Shown here: one piece after another, positions 55,262 to 64,000 of the stretch
Position numbering within the stretch: the stretch's first letter is position 1
Layout of the letters: every line of letters starts with the position of its first letter
DNA from: Octopus sinensis
Lineage: Eukaryota
NCBI RefSeq assembly: GCF_006345805.1
Contig: NW_021833068.1
Coordinates: 1 to 64,000 of the forward strand
Length of the DNA: 64,000 nt
Reading direction: 5' to 3'
Position numbers and translations under genes: made by a program
Notes under the pieces: generated by a model
What the model was told of the DNA's origin: nothing
Databases searched by the model: none
What the model saw: the letters and a program-made list of their open reading frames with translations, nothing else

Positions 55262-58200
55262 AAGTAGAACTAAAAGAAGGACTGGAAGAGCTAAAGGAAA
55301 AGAAAAAGCTCAAGCAGGACCAAAGAGTGAAACAACCAGAAATAGAAGTGGATCCGCAAAGGATGGAACCAAACAGCGCACACGGGTGTGTATGTTCTAC
55401 CTGAGAGGTTCCTGCTGGCATGGAAAGGAAGGTGCAGGCTGCCGCTTTGCACATCGGGGACCTTGCCACAGAGACACGAGGCAGATGGACAAACCATCAA
55501 CACAAAGAAAAGGGATGGACCACGCACCACCTGCCCCAAAGCGGAGGTACGCAGATGTTGTGCGCGCCACAAACAGCCAACATGATGTTGTCGAAAGAGC
55601 AGCTGCTGAGCAACAATCTTTTTTGTGCATGGCACAAAAGATTGTACAGCAGCTGACCTGGCTTCATCAAACCCAAGCCCGCAGGTGGGACTACCCACTA
55701 TATACCAGACCACCACAGCAAACAGACACAGGATGGACACCGCCGTCAACAACGTACACCTCACCTCGATACTCCTACTGAACATCAGAGGACTGCAAAC
55801 ACTCAGTAACAGGACAAAGATCCCGTTCCTGAGAGACTTTGTTGCATGCAATCAAGCCTTATGCATAGCACTTACAGAAACGCACCTGAAACCGGACATA
55901 GCAGATGCGGAGTTACACATACCACAGTATGCTGTACTACGGACCGACAGGAAAGAAAGGAGTCATGGAGGTGTTGCTATGTACATCCGTGAGGACCTCA
56001 CACCCCAGGTCCTCTTGTCATACTCAAACTCGGTGTGTGACACACTAATTGTACATATTAGGCAACTTGATGTAGTTGTGTGTGCTACATATCGCCCTCC
56101 AGATGCCCCAAGCCATGTGGGCAAGTTTGAAGACTGCCTTATAAAAATAGAAGAAATTCTAACCACATTAGAACAACACATAGGTGTGCTTCTTATGGGA
56201 GACTTCAATCTGCCCAATGTCAGATGGCCCGAGGGCCTTTCTCTCCCAGGAATGACAAGTTGTGAACGAGGACAGGCGAGGTCCCTCCTGAACCTCATCA
56301 ACACCCTGTACATGGAGCAGGTAATACTCCAACCAACCAGGGCAGGTAACACACTGGATCTCTGCTTCACAAATGACATGGATCTCATCCATAATGTGAA
56401 AGTGACACCGACAATACTCTCGGATCACAACATGATAGAGCTGACCATGTACGGGCCAAAAGAGAGCACGGACATGCAGCCTACAAGAAACCCTCAAAAT
56501 CTTTCCAGCTTGAACTACCATAAGGCAAACTGGAAACAAATTGAGAAAGAGATCCTCAAACAAAACTGGCCTGAATGTCTCTCCTCGCCAGACATCGACA
56601 TGAAACTTCAACAATTCATGTCTGTAATGCAAGCCATATGCTACAAATGTGTCCCAGAGAGAAAGGCCACTGTACACAAGAACAAAATCCCCAGAGAGAG
56701 GAAAATTTTAATGAGACGGCGTACGAAATTTTCAAATCGCCTAAACAAACAGATTGAAAGCAGTGAAAAGTCCCGCCTAAAAATAAAACTGTTGGAAATC
56801 GAAAAATGTCTGCAACTCTCCCATGAAAAAGAAAGAGCAGACAAAGAAGCCTGGGCTATAGAAAACATAAAATCTAACCCCAGAGCTTTCTACATGTATG
56901 CCAAAGAAACAGCTACGGTGCACTGTAGGATAGGGCCACTCCTTGAAAAGGATGGCACACTCACAGGAAAAACAATGAGGGTAAGTGAAATACTGAATGA
57001 GCAATTCAAGAGTGTTTTCACTCCACCCCTTGGGCATTTCCAAATCACCAATCCAACTGACTTTTTTACCACTGCAGATATAAAATCAGAGGCGGCGACG
57101 ATAGATTACATCGATATAAAGGAAGACGATGTAACCAAGGCTATAGATGAAATGAAAACAGACTCAGCTACTGGCCCCGATGGATTCCCGGCAATCCTCC
57201 TAAAAGCATGTAAGAGAGTCCTAGCAAGACCACTGCAGTTCCTCTTTCAGAGCTTCCTTGCAGCTGGCAAACTTCCAGGAAAACTGAAGGAAGGAAGGTA
57301 AAATATGCCCCATTCATAAAGGAGGTAGCAGAGCGGAAGCCAAGAACTATAGACCTATCTCTCTGACCTCACACATCAGCAAGGTCATGGAACGAATAGT
57401 CAGAAGGAAGCTGATCACCTTCCTTGAAGAAAATACTTGCTGCCCGACACCCAACATGGTTTCCGACCAGGGAGAAGCTGTTTAACTCAGCTCCTACAAC
57501 ACTATGACTGGGTGCTGAAACGGCTGCTCAACCACTCAAATGTGGAAGTGATATATCTCGACTTTGCAAAGGCCTTTGATAAAGTCGATCATGGAATGAT
57601 ATGTCACAAACTGCGTGATCTCAACATAGTTGGAAAACTGGGAGAATGGCTTCATGACTTTCTGAAGGATAGAAGTCAGGTGGTAGTAGCCAATGGGGCC
57701 ACCTCCATTAACACACAAATAGTGAGCGGTGTTCCGCAGGGCACTGTTCTGGGACCACTACTGTTCATAATGGCCCTCTCAGACATGCCCTCAGCCACGC
57801 AGAGAGCCACGATCACAAGTTATGCAGATGATACAAAAGTTTCACAGGCAATACAGAACCCTGAGGACACTAAACACCTGCAATGTGAGCTAGACGAAAT
57901 ATAGAAGTGGGCTGAAAAGAATAGCATGCAGTTCAATGCTGGAAAGTTTCAAGCTTTATACTATCAGCATGCAAAACTGAATGCAATACCCAATGAATAC
58001 ACTGGACCCGGAGGGATTGCAATCCCAGAGGCACAATCAGTGCGTGACCTGGGTATTCACATGAGTGATGACGCGACCTTTCATGTACATGTTGCTAAAC
58101 TGGCAATGAAATGTAGACGGCTGGCTGGATGGATTCTTAGAACCTTTAGAACAAGAGAACAAAAAACCATGATGGTCCTCTGGAAGACACTTGTCCTAAG

Positions 58201-58821
58201 CCACTTTGACTATCGCTCTCAGCTATGGTCACCATCCAGTGTCAAGTTGATCACAGAACTTGAGGCGATCCAACGAAGCTACACAAAGAAGATAGCCTCT
58301 ATGCAGAATGTAAGCTACTGGGAAAGACTCAAGAGATTAAAATTATATTCTCTGGAGCGTAGGCGGGAAAGATATGCCATAATATACATCTGGAAGATCC
58401 TGGAGGGAACTGTCCTGAACTTTGGCATCGAGAGTTACGCAAATGCCAGAACTGGGCGCCACTGCGTGGTGCCAAGGACTCCAAACCTGCCATCAAGATG
58501 TAGGACAAGATTCTGTGATAGCCTGGGCTTCCGAGGCCCACAGCTCTTCAATATCCTCCCGAAGAACCTGAGAGACCTGCATGGGGTGGATACAGATGTC
58601 TTTAAAATGAAGCTGGATCTCTTCCTGTCAGGTGTCCCAGATGAACCAACTTCACGGCAGGAGGGGCAGATGAGGGCAGCTGCATCGAACTCTCTCATGC
58701 ACCAAATAGCAGTTGCTAGAAAGCCTCCATGAAGTGAAACCAAGTAGCAACACCAAATGGCGGTGCCCCAGCATGGCCACAGCTCATGAGCTGAAACTGG
58801 AATCAATCAATCAATCAATCA

Positions 58822-58860
<39 letters not shown>

Positions 58861-59620
58861 AACAAATACATATACCCGAAAACAACCACGCACACATATA
58901 TGTATATATATACATACACATACATACTGTTAACTAAAATAGTATTAAGAATCATTAAAATTAAGATAATATTAATTGTTAATACAACGAAAGGGGTTGG
59001 AAGGGTAATTCGTAATATACAAAAAAGAGGGGCCTAAAAGGGTAGAAAAAGGTAAGGGTTAATAAAAGGCAAAGGTTGGGAAATATTGAGATAAAATTTA
59101 TAAGAAGGGTATAAACTCAAAACCCAGATTTACCATAACCAGTGTAAAGAAGATGTAGGTTATTTGCATAAGATACATAATTAAAAATTACACCACATAT
59201 TCCGTAAACAATCAGAAGACTAGGAAACCGTCCAGATATCAACACTTGTAAATTTTATCTGAATATTTTCCAACAGTAATCAGACACAAGAACAGGAGTA
59301 AAGAGGGGGGACAATCTATTAAATGAACCCCTGGATATTACTGGTACAGATTTTGACCCCAGGAGTTGAACTTGGAACACAAACGGATCAAAGTAAGGGG
59401 ATGATTCTGCATTTAGCCCAGGGCCAGAGGAAAGAGGAAAATTTCAAGAGAAGGTGGGGGGTGAGGTGTTTTACATGGAATGAAAGGAAGAAGGGAGAGG
59501 ATTTGAACCTGTAACGTTGAGGTAACGAAGGATGAGATGAAGTAAAGAATCCAGTCAGGTAACAACAACAACAACAATAATTATGATGATTAATTAATGA
59601 AGTTAGATTACAGTGTCATT

Positions 59621-59658
<38 letters not shown>

Positions 59659-60945
59659 GAAGCATGACGACCCATGGTGGGATTATGACATGAATGACTC
59701 GAAACAAGAAAACAAAGATTAAAGAAACAGATTTGGATAATCCAAATCCATTGGGGACTTACTTTTGAACTGCCAGATGGAGAGGGGTGTCACCCTTGAG
59801 GTTCACCTTATTGACATCCATGCCTTTCTGTTTCAGGAGAAAATCAACAACTTCCGTGCGTCCATGAGAAGAGGCAAGATGTAGAGGGGTGTAACCATGG
59901 TTGGTCACAGCATTAACATCCGTGCCATTCTGTTGCAGGAGAAGTTCAACAACATCCTTGCTTCCATAGCGACAGGCAAGATGGAGAGCTGTCCAACCAT
60001 TTTCCGTCACTGCTTTAACATCGATGCCATTCTGTTGCAGGAGAAGTTCAACAACATCCTTGCTTCCATAGCGACAGGCAAGATGGAGAGCTGTCCAACC
60101 ATGTTCCTCACAGCCTTAACATCCGTGTCTTTATGTTGCAGGAGAAGTTCAACAACGTCCTTGCTTCTATAGCGACAGGCAAGATGGAGAGCTGTCGAAC
60201 CATCTTCCATCACAGCCTTAACATCCGTGTCTTTATGTTGCAGGAGAAGTTCAACAACGTCCTTGCTTCCATAGCGACAGGCAAGATGGAGAGCTGTCGA
60301 ACCATCTTCCATCACAGCTTTAACATCCGTGTCTTTATGTTGCAGGAGAAGTTCAACAACGTCCTTGCTTCCATAGCGACAGGCAAGATGGAGAGCTGTC
60401 GAACCATCTTCCATCACAGCCTTAACATCCGTGTCTTTATGTTGCAGGAGAAGTTCAACAACGTCCTTGCTTCCATATTGACAGGCAACATGGAGAGCTG
60501 TTGCACTAAAATTATTTTTCTGATTAACCTAAAAAAGATAAACAATAAAGACATTAAAGATGGTGTTTATTGGGGGAAGAAGGAAAAAAATGAAAAATGT
60601 CAGAGAAACAGAATCAGATAAATTTAAACAGGTGGAATGAAGGTTGGGGGAAAATAAATGAGATTTATAATGTATCTATACACACACACATATGTGTATG
60701 CATATATATATATATATACACTCTCGCACATACATATATACATAAATACCTATATATACATACGTGTTTTATATCTTCACGGATCATTTGTTTATGCATT
60801 TTTGTGTATATATGCGTTTATGTGTGTGTATATTTGTGTATGTATGTACAGGTCTGTGTGAGCTGAAGAAAAGTTTTTAATTAAAAACATATAAATATAA
60901 ACTGTTTCATATACATAAAACACAAACCAACATACATATCATTAT

Positions 60946-60977
<32 letters not shown>

Positions 60978-61142
60978 TCGCTGACCTGTAAATTGTTATT
61001 TTCTTTGCTATTTAACAGGACTTTGACTACATCTTCATAGTTATTCCACACAGCCAGATGTAGAGGTGTGTCGCCCCATGAGTCCTGCTTATTAACATTT
61101 GCTCCACTGGAGACTAAGAAGGCCACAGAATCCGTTCGGTGG
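15933..61142 (-). CDS. Multi-exon gene, 5' end beyond the window: tandem ankyrin cassettes - Mind bomb-like ankyrin region - C3HC4 RING - death domain (putative E3 ligase/sensor)
   Basis: Manual splicing gives compatible phases throughout: A exons (2-0), B exons (0-2), then 32878-32914 (2-0), 29951-30160 (0-0), 27705-27880 (0-2), 26570-26712 (2-1), 22616-22666 and 22465-22500 (1-1), 19856-19927 (1-1) and 15933-16138 (stop). All introns are GT-AG. Confidence 0.85.
17290..18865 (+). mobile_element. RTE LINE 3' fragments (an older copy and a younger copy with (ATG)n tail)
   Basis: [18 protein letters not shown]...GRGRPRKTW; the tail is homologous to 10881-11100. Confidence 0.8.
19856..19927 (-). 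CDS. Death domain N-terminal exon ([25 protein letters not shown])
   Basis: 72 nt, phase 1-1; death-domain helix 1-2 pattern L..vs..L...W..LG. Confidence 0.82.
20640..21110 (-). mobile_element. Hero/NeSL-like (restriction-endonuclease clade) RT fragment
   Basis: FMDDI...RL...SRM.F....ILTFVKG...FKLAGE...VKRFGLW pattern. Confidence 0.5.
22315..22349 (-). pseudogene. 35-nt duplicate of the 36-nt micro-exon (frameshifting as assembled)
   Basis: Identical except one base missing from a homopolymer run. Confidence 0.45.
22465..22500 (-). CDS. 36-nt linker micro-exon ([12 protein letters not shown])
   Basis: Same splice context; phase 1-1; lies in a ~150-bp tandem unit. Confidence 0.6.
22616..22666 (-). 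CDS. 51-nt linker micro-exon ([17 protein letters not shown])
   Basis: tatttcag|TG TGT...GTT G|gtgagt; phase 1-1, open frame. Confidence 0.7.
22960..23232 (-). mobile_element. Mariner-like 5' end remnant
   Basis: [12 protein letters not shown] resembles the mariner transposase N-terminus; TIR-like end near 23230. Confidence 0.5.
23714..23930 (+). mobile_element. tRNA-derived SINE
   Basis: A-box-like TGGCAGAATCG and B-box-like GAGTTCAAATTC; a second copy at about 27363-27565. Confidence 0.7.
24486..25727 (+). mobile_element. Tc1-family transposase pseudogene with probable intron
   Basis: HTH region [10 protein letters not shown], then [27 protein letters not shown] and SPDLNPIE; TIR-like end ...ccaaggttg|ta. 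Confidence 0.8.
26570..26712 (-). CDS. RING finger exon, C3HC4 of MIB/IAP type
   Basis: CWWC...[13 protein letters not shown]...CPICRQHI; 143 nt, phase 2-1. Confidence 0.9.
27363..27565 (+). mobile_element. tRNA-derived SINE (second copy)
   Basis: Similar to 23714-23930. Confidence 0.6.
27705..27880 (-). CDS. Mind bomb-like terminal ankyrin exon ([24 protein letters not shown])
   Basis: 176 nt, tttgcag acceptor and gtaagt donor; resembles the MIB1/2 segment that precedes RING1 (recognised from memory). Confidence 0.8.
29951..30160 (-). CDS. Ankyrin exon ([20 protein letters not shown]...[14 protein letters not shown]...ILDE)
   Basis: 210 nt, phase 0-0, gtaagt donor, two ankyrin motifs. Confidence 0.85.
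30880..31990 (-). mobile_element. RTE-like LINE endonuclease/linker remnant
   Basis: [24 protein letters not shown]...D and EARKQVYSA motifs. Confidence 0.65.
32878..32914 (-). CDS. 37-nt exon completing an ankyrin repeat ([13 protein letters not shown])
   Basis: ctttcag|T CAA CAC...GCC CAG|gttagt; phase 2-0 bridges exon B1 to the next exon. Confidence 0.75.
33015..33728. repeat. (TA)/(CATA) compound microsatellite
   Basis: Direct reading. Confidence 0.95.
34876..35438 (-). CDS. Ankyrin cassette exon B1 (5 repeats, 563 nt)
   Basis: Open frame of 187 codons + 2 nt, [19 protein letters not shown]...[10 protein letters not shown]. Confidence 0.9.
35893..36049 (-). CDS. Ankyrin cassette exon A1 (157 nt)
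   Basis: [52 protein letters not shown]. Confidence 0.88.
37228..39657. mobile_element. TIR-bounded composite element (possibly Merlin-type) containing an internal ~450-bp palindrome and SINEs
   Basis: Perfect 29-bp TIR GGTACTTGTCTATTGTCGTGGTCCCGGTT; inner inverted arms at 37286-37731 and 38000-38450. Confidence 0.75.
38450..39205. mobile_element. RTE-type 3' tail (+) followed by a tRNA-derived SINE (-)
   Basis: (ATG)n tail near 38805; minus-strand head gtggctgtgtggtaag...gggtttcagtccc. Confidence 0.65.
41444..41705 (-). CDS. Ankyrin cassette exon B2 (2 repeats; small indels relative to B4)
   Basis: 262 nt against 257 in B4: two 3-nt stutters and one 1-nt loss. Confidence 0.6.
42443..42597 (-). 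CDS. Ankyrin cassette exon A2 (155 nt; two 1-nt deletions relative to A4)
   Basis: Near-identical to A4 but frameshifted; either a pseudo-exon or consensus error. Confidence 0.6.
43739..47312 (+). mobile_element. CR1-clade LINE copy 1 (degraded), (AATC)n tail
   Basis: [37 protein letters not shown] and [10 protein letters not shown] motifs; many indels. Confidence 0.88.
48264..48928 (-). CDS. Ankyrin cassette exon B3 (6 repeats, 665 nt)
   Basis: Open frame of 221 codons + 2 nt with repeated G[SW][32 protein letters not shown]. Confidence 0.88.
49384..49540 (-). CDS. Ankyrin cassette exon A3 (157 nt)
   Basis: Same translation as A5; canonical splice sites. Confidence 0.85.
52987..53243 (-). 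CDS. Ankyrin cassette exon B4 (2 repeats, 257 nt)
   Basis: [85 protein letters not shown]; 85 codons + 2 nt. Confidence 0.85.
53983..54139 (-). CDS. Ankyrin cassette exon A4 (157 nt)
   Basis: [52 protein letters not shown], with the same splice sites as the other A exons. Confidence 0.85.
55260..58822 (+). mobile_element. CR1-clade LINE copy 2 (ORF1 remnant with CCCH finger; APE-RT ORF2), (AATC)n tail
   Basis: 558-aa APE-containing ORF; [25 protein letters not shown] and YADDTK motifs; flanked by (TA)n. Confidence 0.9.
59763..60528 (-). CDS. Ankyrin cassette exon B5 (7 x 34-aa repeats; 1-nt frameshift near 60105)
   Basis: ttttttag|GTT AAT CAG...GTT CAA AA|gtaag. Length is 766 nt against 767 expected; 'atgttcctca' here versus 'atgttccctca' in B3. 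The ORF track splits it into two frames. Confidence 0.8.
60986..61142 (-). CDS. Ankyrin cassette exon A5 (157 nt)
   Basis: cctttcag|C CAC CGA...TTA CAG|gtcagc; [52 protein letters not shown]. Confidence 0.85.
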
Positions 61143-61249
61143 CTGAAAGGAAGAAAAACAAACATAAAACATCACATTCACTTAATAATTACATCAAATA
61201 TACACTCGTGTTCCATTAAATGCATAAAAACCTATGTATACTACAGCCT

Positions 61250-61282
<33 letters not shown>

Positions 61283-62158
61283 GTGCAAATATGTATTATG
61301 TAAAGGCAAAACTACACAATTGTGCCCCAGGCGAATGTTTCCTTGTAACTTCTAGAAAAATGGATGTTTTTCAATGAAATTTCTTTCACAAATATCCTTC
61401 AGATGGCAAATATTCCAATTATATCGGAATTTGTTGTAAGAAAAACCTTTTCGGTGGGTGGAGAGAGAAATTTAGGAAAGTTCACCCGAGTCGGCTTTCT
61501 TTCCAAAAAAATAGATATTTTCAAATGAAATTTTCAATAAAACCGTTTCGGATGGTGAAGATTTCGATTATATCGGAATTTAATATGAAGAAAATTATAA
61601 AAATTGGTGGATTCGCACAGATATACACTGACACAAAACAGAAAATAAAAAGATGAACTTTGGGAAAATAACCGTGATGTGTGTCAGTATGTATGTGTGC
61701 GAAACTATCAAATTTTTAAAGTTTTTTCATGTTAAATTCCGATATAATCCTAATCTACACCATTTGAAAGGGATTTGTAGAAATTTTCACAGAAACAAAA
61801 TATCCACTTTTCTGAAAGTTATAGAAAAACAAAACGGATTTGGGTGAATTTTGAGAAAGTCAACTCCTCAACGTTTGAAAATTTGTTTTTACAACAATTT
61901 CCGATATAATTGGAATCTTCATCATCTGAAGCATTTTTGTCAAAGAAATTTCATTAAAAAATATCAATTTGTCTCAAAGTTATAAGGAAACAAATTCGTC
62001 GTGGGGCCCAGTTGTGTACGTATGCCTATACATATGCACGCATATATATATTTATAGGATCTCGAGTATCGAGTACCTACGTCTGGCTAGCGCGCACGCG
62101 CGAATCCGGGACCACTCTGCGATAATGTCAAAGTCAATAATATTATACAGGTGTATAT

Positions 62159-62245
<87 letters not shown>

Positions 62246-62803
62246 GCATGTATGTGTATGTATGTATATATATATGTATGTATATAGAGAGACAGACAGA
62301 CAGAGAAATATGAGCCACTGAAATACGTATAATCGTTAATACACAGTAGACAAATGTGTACGTGTGTGTATATCATATTAATAGGTGAGGGTATAAAGTA
62401 TAAATATTTTTATCCCAGCGAGTGTACAATAGAAAACAAGGATTAAGTACCGTTGTTAGTATCTATATATTTGGTATACATTGAAAAATGTATTGTAATC
62501 CTTTTGCGAAAGATGGAATGTCTGAAAATTATAGACAAACTAATTGATAGCAGATTTCTCATCAATCTAAAAAATCAACAACAACAGCAGCACGTCGTAA
62601 TTGGCGGGAAAACTACGTCTGCAAATGTAATGTTGTCATAGCAACAGACTATGCAAGAGAAAGTTTGCTGTTAAGGGCAACGAGGCGTATTTTTACCGCC
62701 AAAAGAAACAGTTAAGTATGGCGGTCATATAACACACATAAATGAATATATAAACACACAAATATTTATTATATATATGTGTGTGTGTATACATATATAT
62801 ATT

Positions 62804-62836
<33 letters not shown>

Positions 62837-64000
62837 ATATGTTAAACTCCAGTGTTTGACTCGAGCAAAAAAAAATTGTGCAATAGGTGTAAAATAAAAT
62901 GTATTAAACAAATATGTAAAAAAAAAATACACTCTGGCGAACGAGGGGCGGTGGAGACGACTCGGAAAATTCACACGATCAATCTCACAGGATCCGAAAA
63001 CTACATGTTTTATACCTGTTACACTTTTTGTTTTCATTTTTGGGACCGGTTGTCGAGTGGGGTTACCGGATCGTGTGAATCATCCGAGTCCGCACCCCAG
63101 ATATACACTGACACAAAACAGAAAATAAAAAGATGAACTTTGGGAAAATAACCGTGATGTGTGTCAGTATGTATGTGTGCGAAACCATCAAATTTTTAAA
63201 GTTTTTTCATGTTAAATTCCGATATAATCCTAATCTACACCATTTGAAAGGTGTATTAGGTGGAAAAAATATTAGGTGGAAAAAATCAACAGCATAATAT
63301 AGTGAAATAGCAACATAATAACAATAACAACAATAATAATACAGTACAATGCAAAACATTATAGATCAGCAAATACATATAAAATGAAAAATATTGATTG
63401 ACATCAGCAAAATCCAGAAGTGTACATGCATATAAAGGCATACAAGTCAGACTTTTGACGGTGATATATATTAAGTGGTAAGTTTAGAAATGATTTAAGA
63501 TTGAAAGCTCAATAGGATTGACTGGAACATTTGAATTTCAATTGTCTCCGTTACGGTTGGTTTATTAAGATACACTTACATACATACACACGTATATGTG
63601 CGCTTATACATATATACATAGATAAACCAAAAAGACAGAAAATACAAGCTTACATACACACATACATACATAACTACGTACGTATAGATCCATATATATA
63701 TATATATATATATAAACAAATACATATACCCGAAAACAACCACGCACACATATATGTATATATATACATACACATACATACTGTTAACTAAAATAGTATT
63801 AAGAATCATTAAAATTAAGATAATATTAATTGTTAATACAACGAAAGGGGTTGGAAGGGTAATTCGTAATATACAAAAAAGAGGGGCCTAAAAGGGTAGA
63901 AAAAGGTAAGGGTTAATAAAAGGCAAAGGTTGGGAAATATTGAGATAAAATTTATAAGAAGGGTATAAACTCAAAACCCAGATTTACCATAACCAGTGTA

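Larger units (their letters stand above)
33965..64000. repeat. Tandem segmental array of ankyrin exon cassettes (about 4.7-kb basic spacing, about 11.5-kb higher-order unit)
   Basis: Intron and exon sequence recurs almost identically. B-exon 3' ends are at 34876, 41444, 48264, 52987 and 59763, and the window ends inside the flank of another unit. Confidence 0.92.

Noticed and set aside
35010-60621. Plus-strand ORFs with repeated [20 protein letters not shown]
   Set aside because: Antisense shadows of the ankyrin B exons
15933-61142. Assigning the symbol MIB2 or an ankyrin (ANK1-3) gene name
   Set aside because: No MIB-HERC2/ZZ or ZU5/UPA domains are visible, and a single RING plus death domain fits neither ortholog
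34872-61165. Each cassette as an independent small ankyrin gene ending AVRK*/AVQK*
   Set aside because: The stop is part of the GTAAG splice donor, the ORF starts are intronic or non-ATG, and the phases link cassettes to the downstream exons. Truncated isoforms from intron retention cannot be excluded without RNA data.

Overview
AT-rich, microsatellite- and transposon-dense eukaryotic (animal) DNA. The repeat landscape suggests an octopus/cephalopod genome, which is inference. The window holds the 3' part of one large minus-strand gene that I reconstructed exon by exon, with canonical GT-AG sites and consistent phases. Its architecture is [ankyrin exon A + ankyrin exon B] x >=5 tandem cassettes, Mind-bomb-like ankyrin/helical exons, one C3HC4 RING, duplicated linker micro-exons and a C-terminal death domain (stop at 15933). 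The cassettes are phase-symmetric. The B exons carry different numbers of 102-bp ankyrin repeats (5, 2, 6, 2, 7), and the substitutions cluster at the predicted ligand-binding positions while the introns stay nearly identical. This looks like a rapidly diversifying, modular sensor-E3-death-domain receptor. The rest is mobile DNA: a Tx1/L1 LINE inserted in a TC-rich minisatellite, a duplicated CR1-like LINE in a (TA)n tract, RTE, Penelope, R4/Dong, Hero-like, Helitron, Tc1 and mariner remnants, tRNA-derived SINEs, a foldback element with an 8-bp TSD that carries a telomere-like array, a nested palindromic element, and several satellites. Some frameshifts, especially at 40.7-47.3 kb, may be assembly errors.
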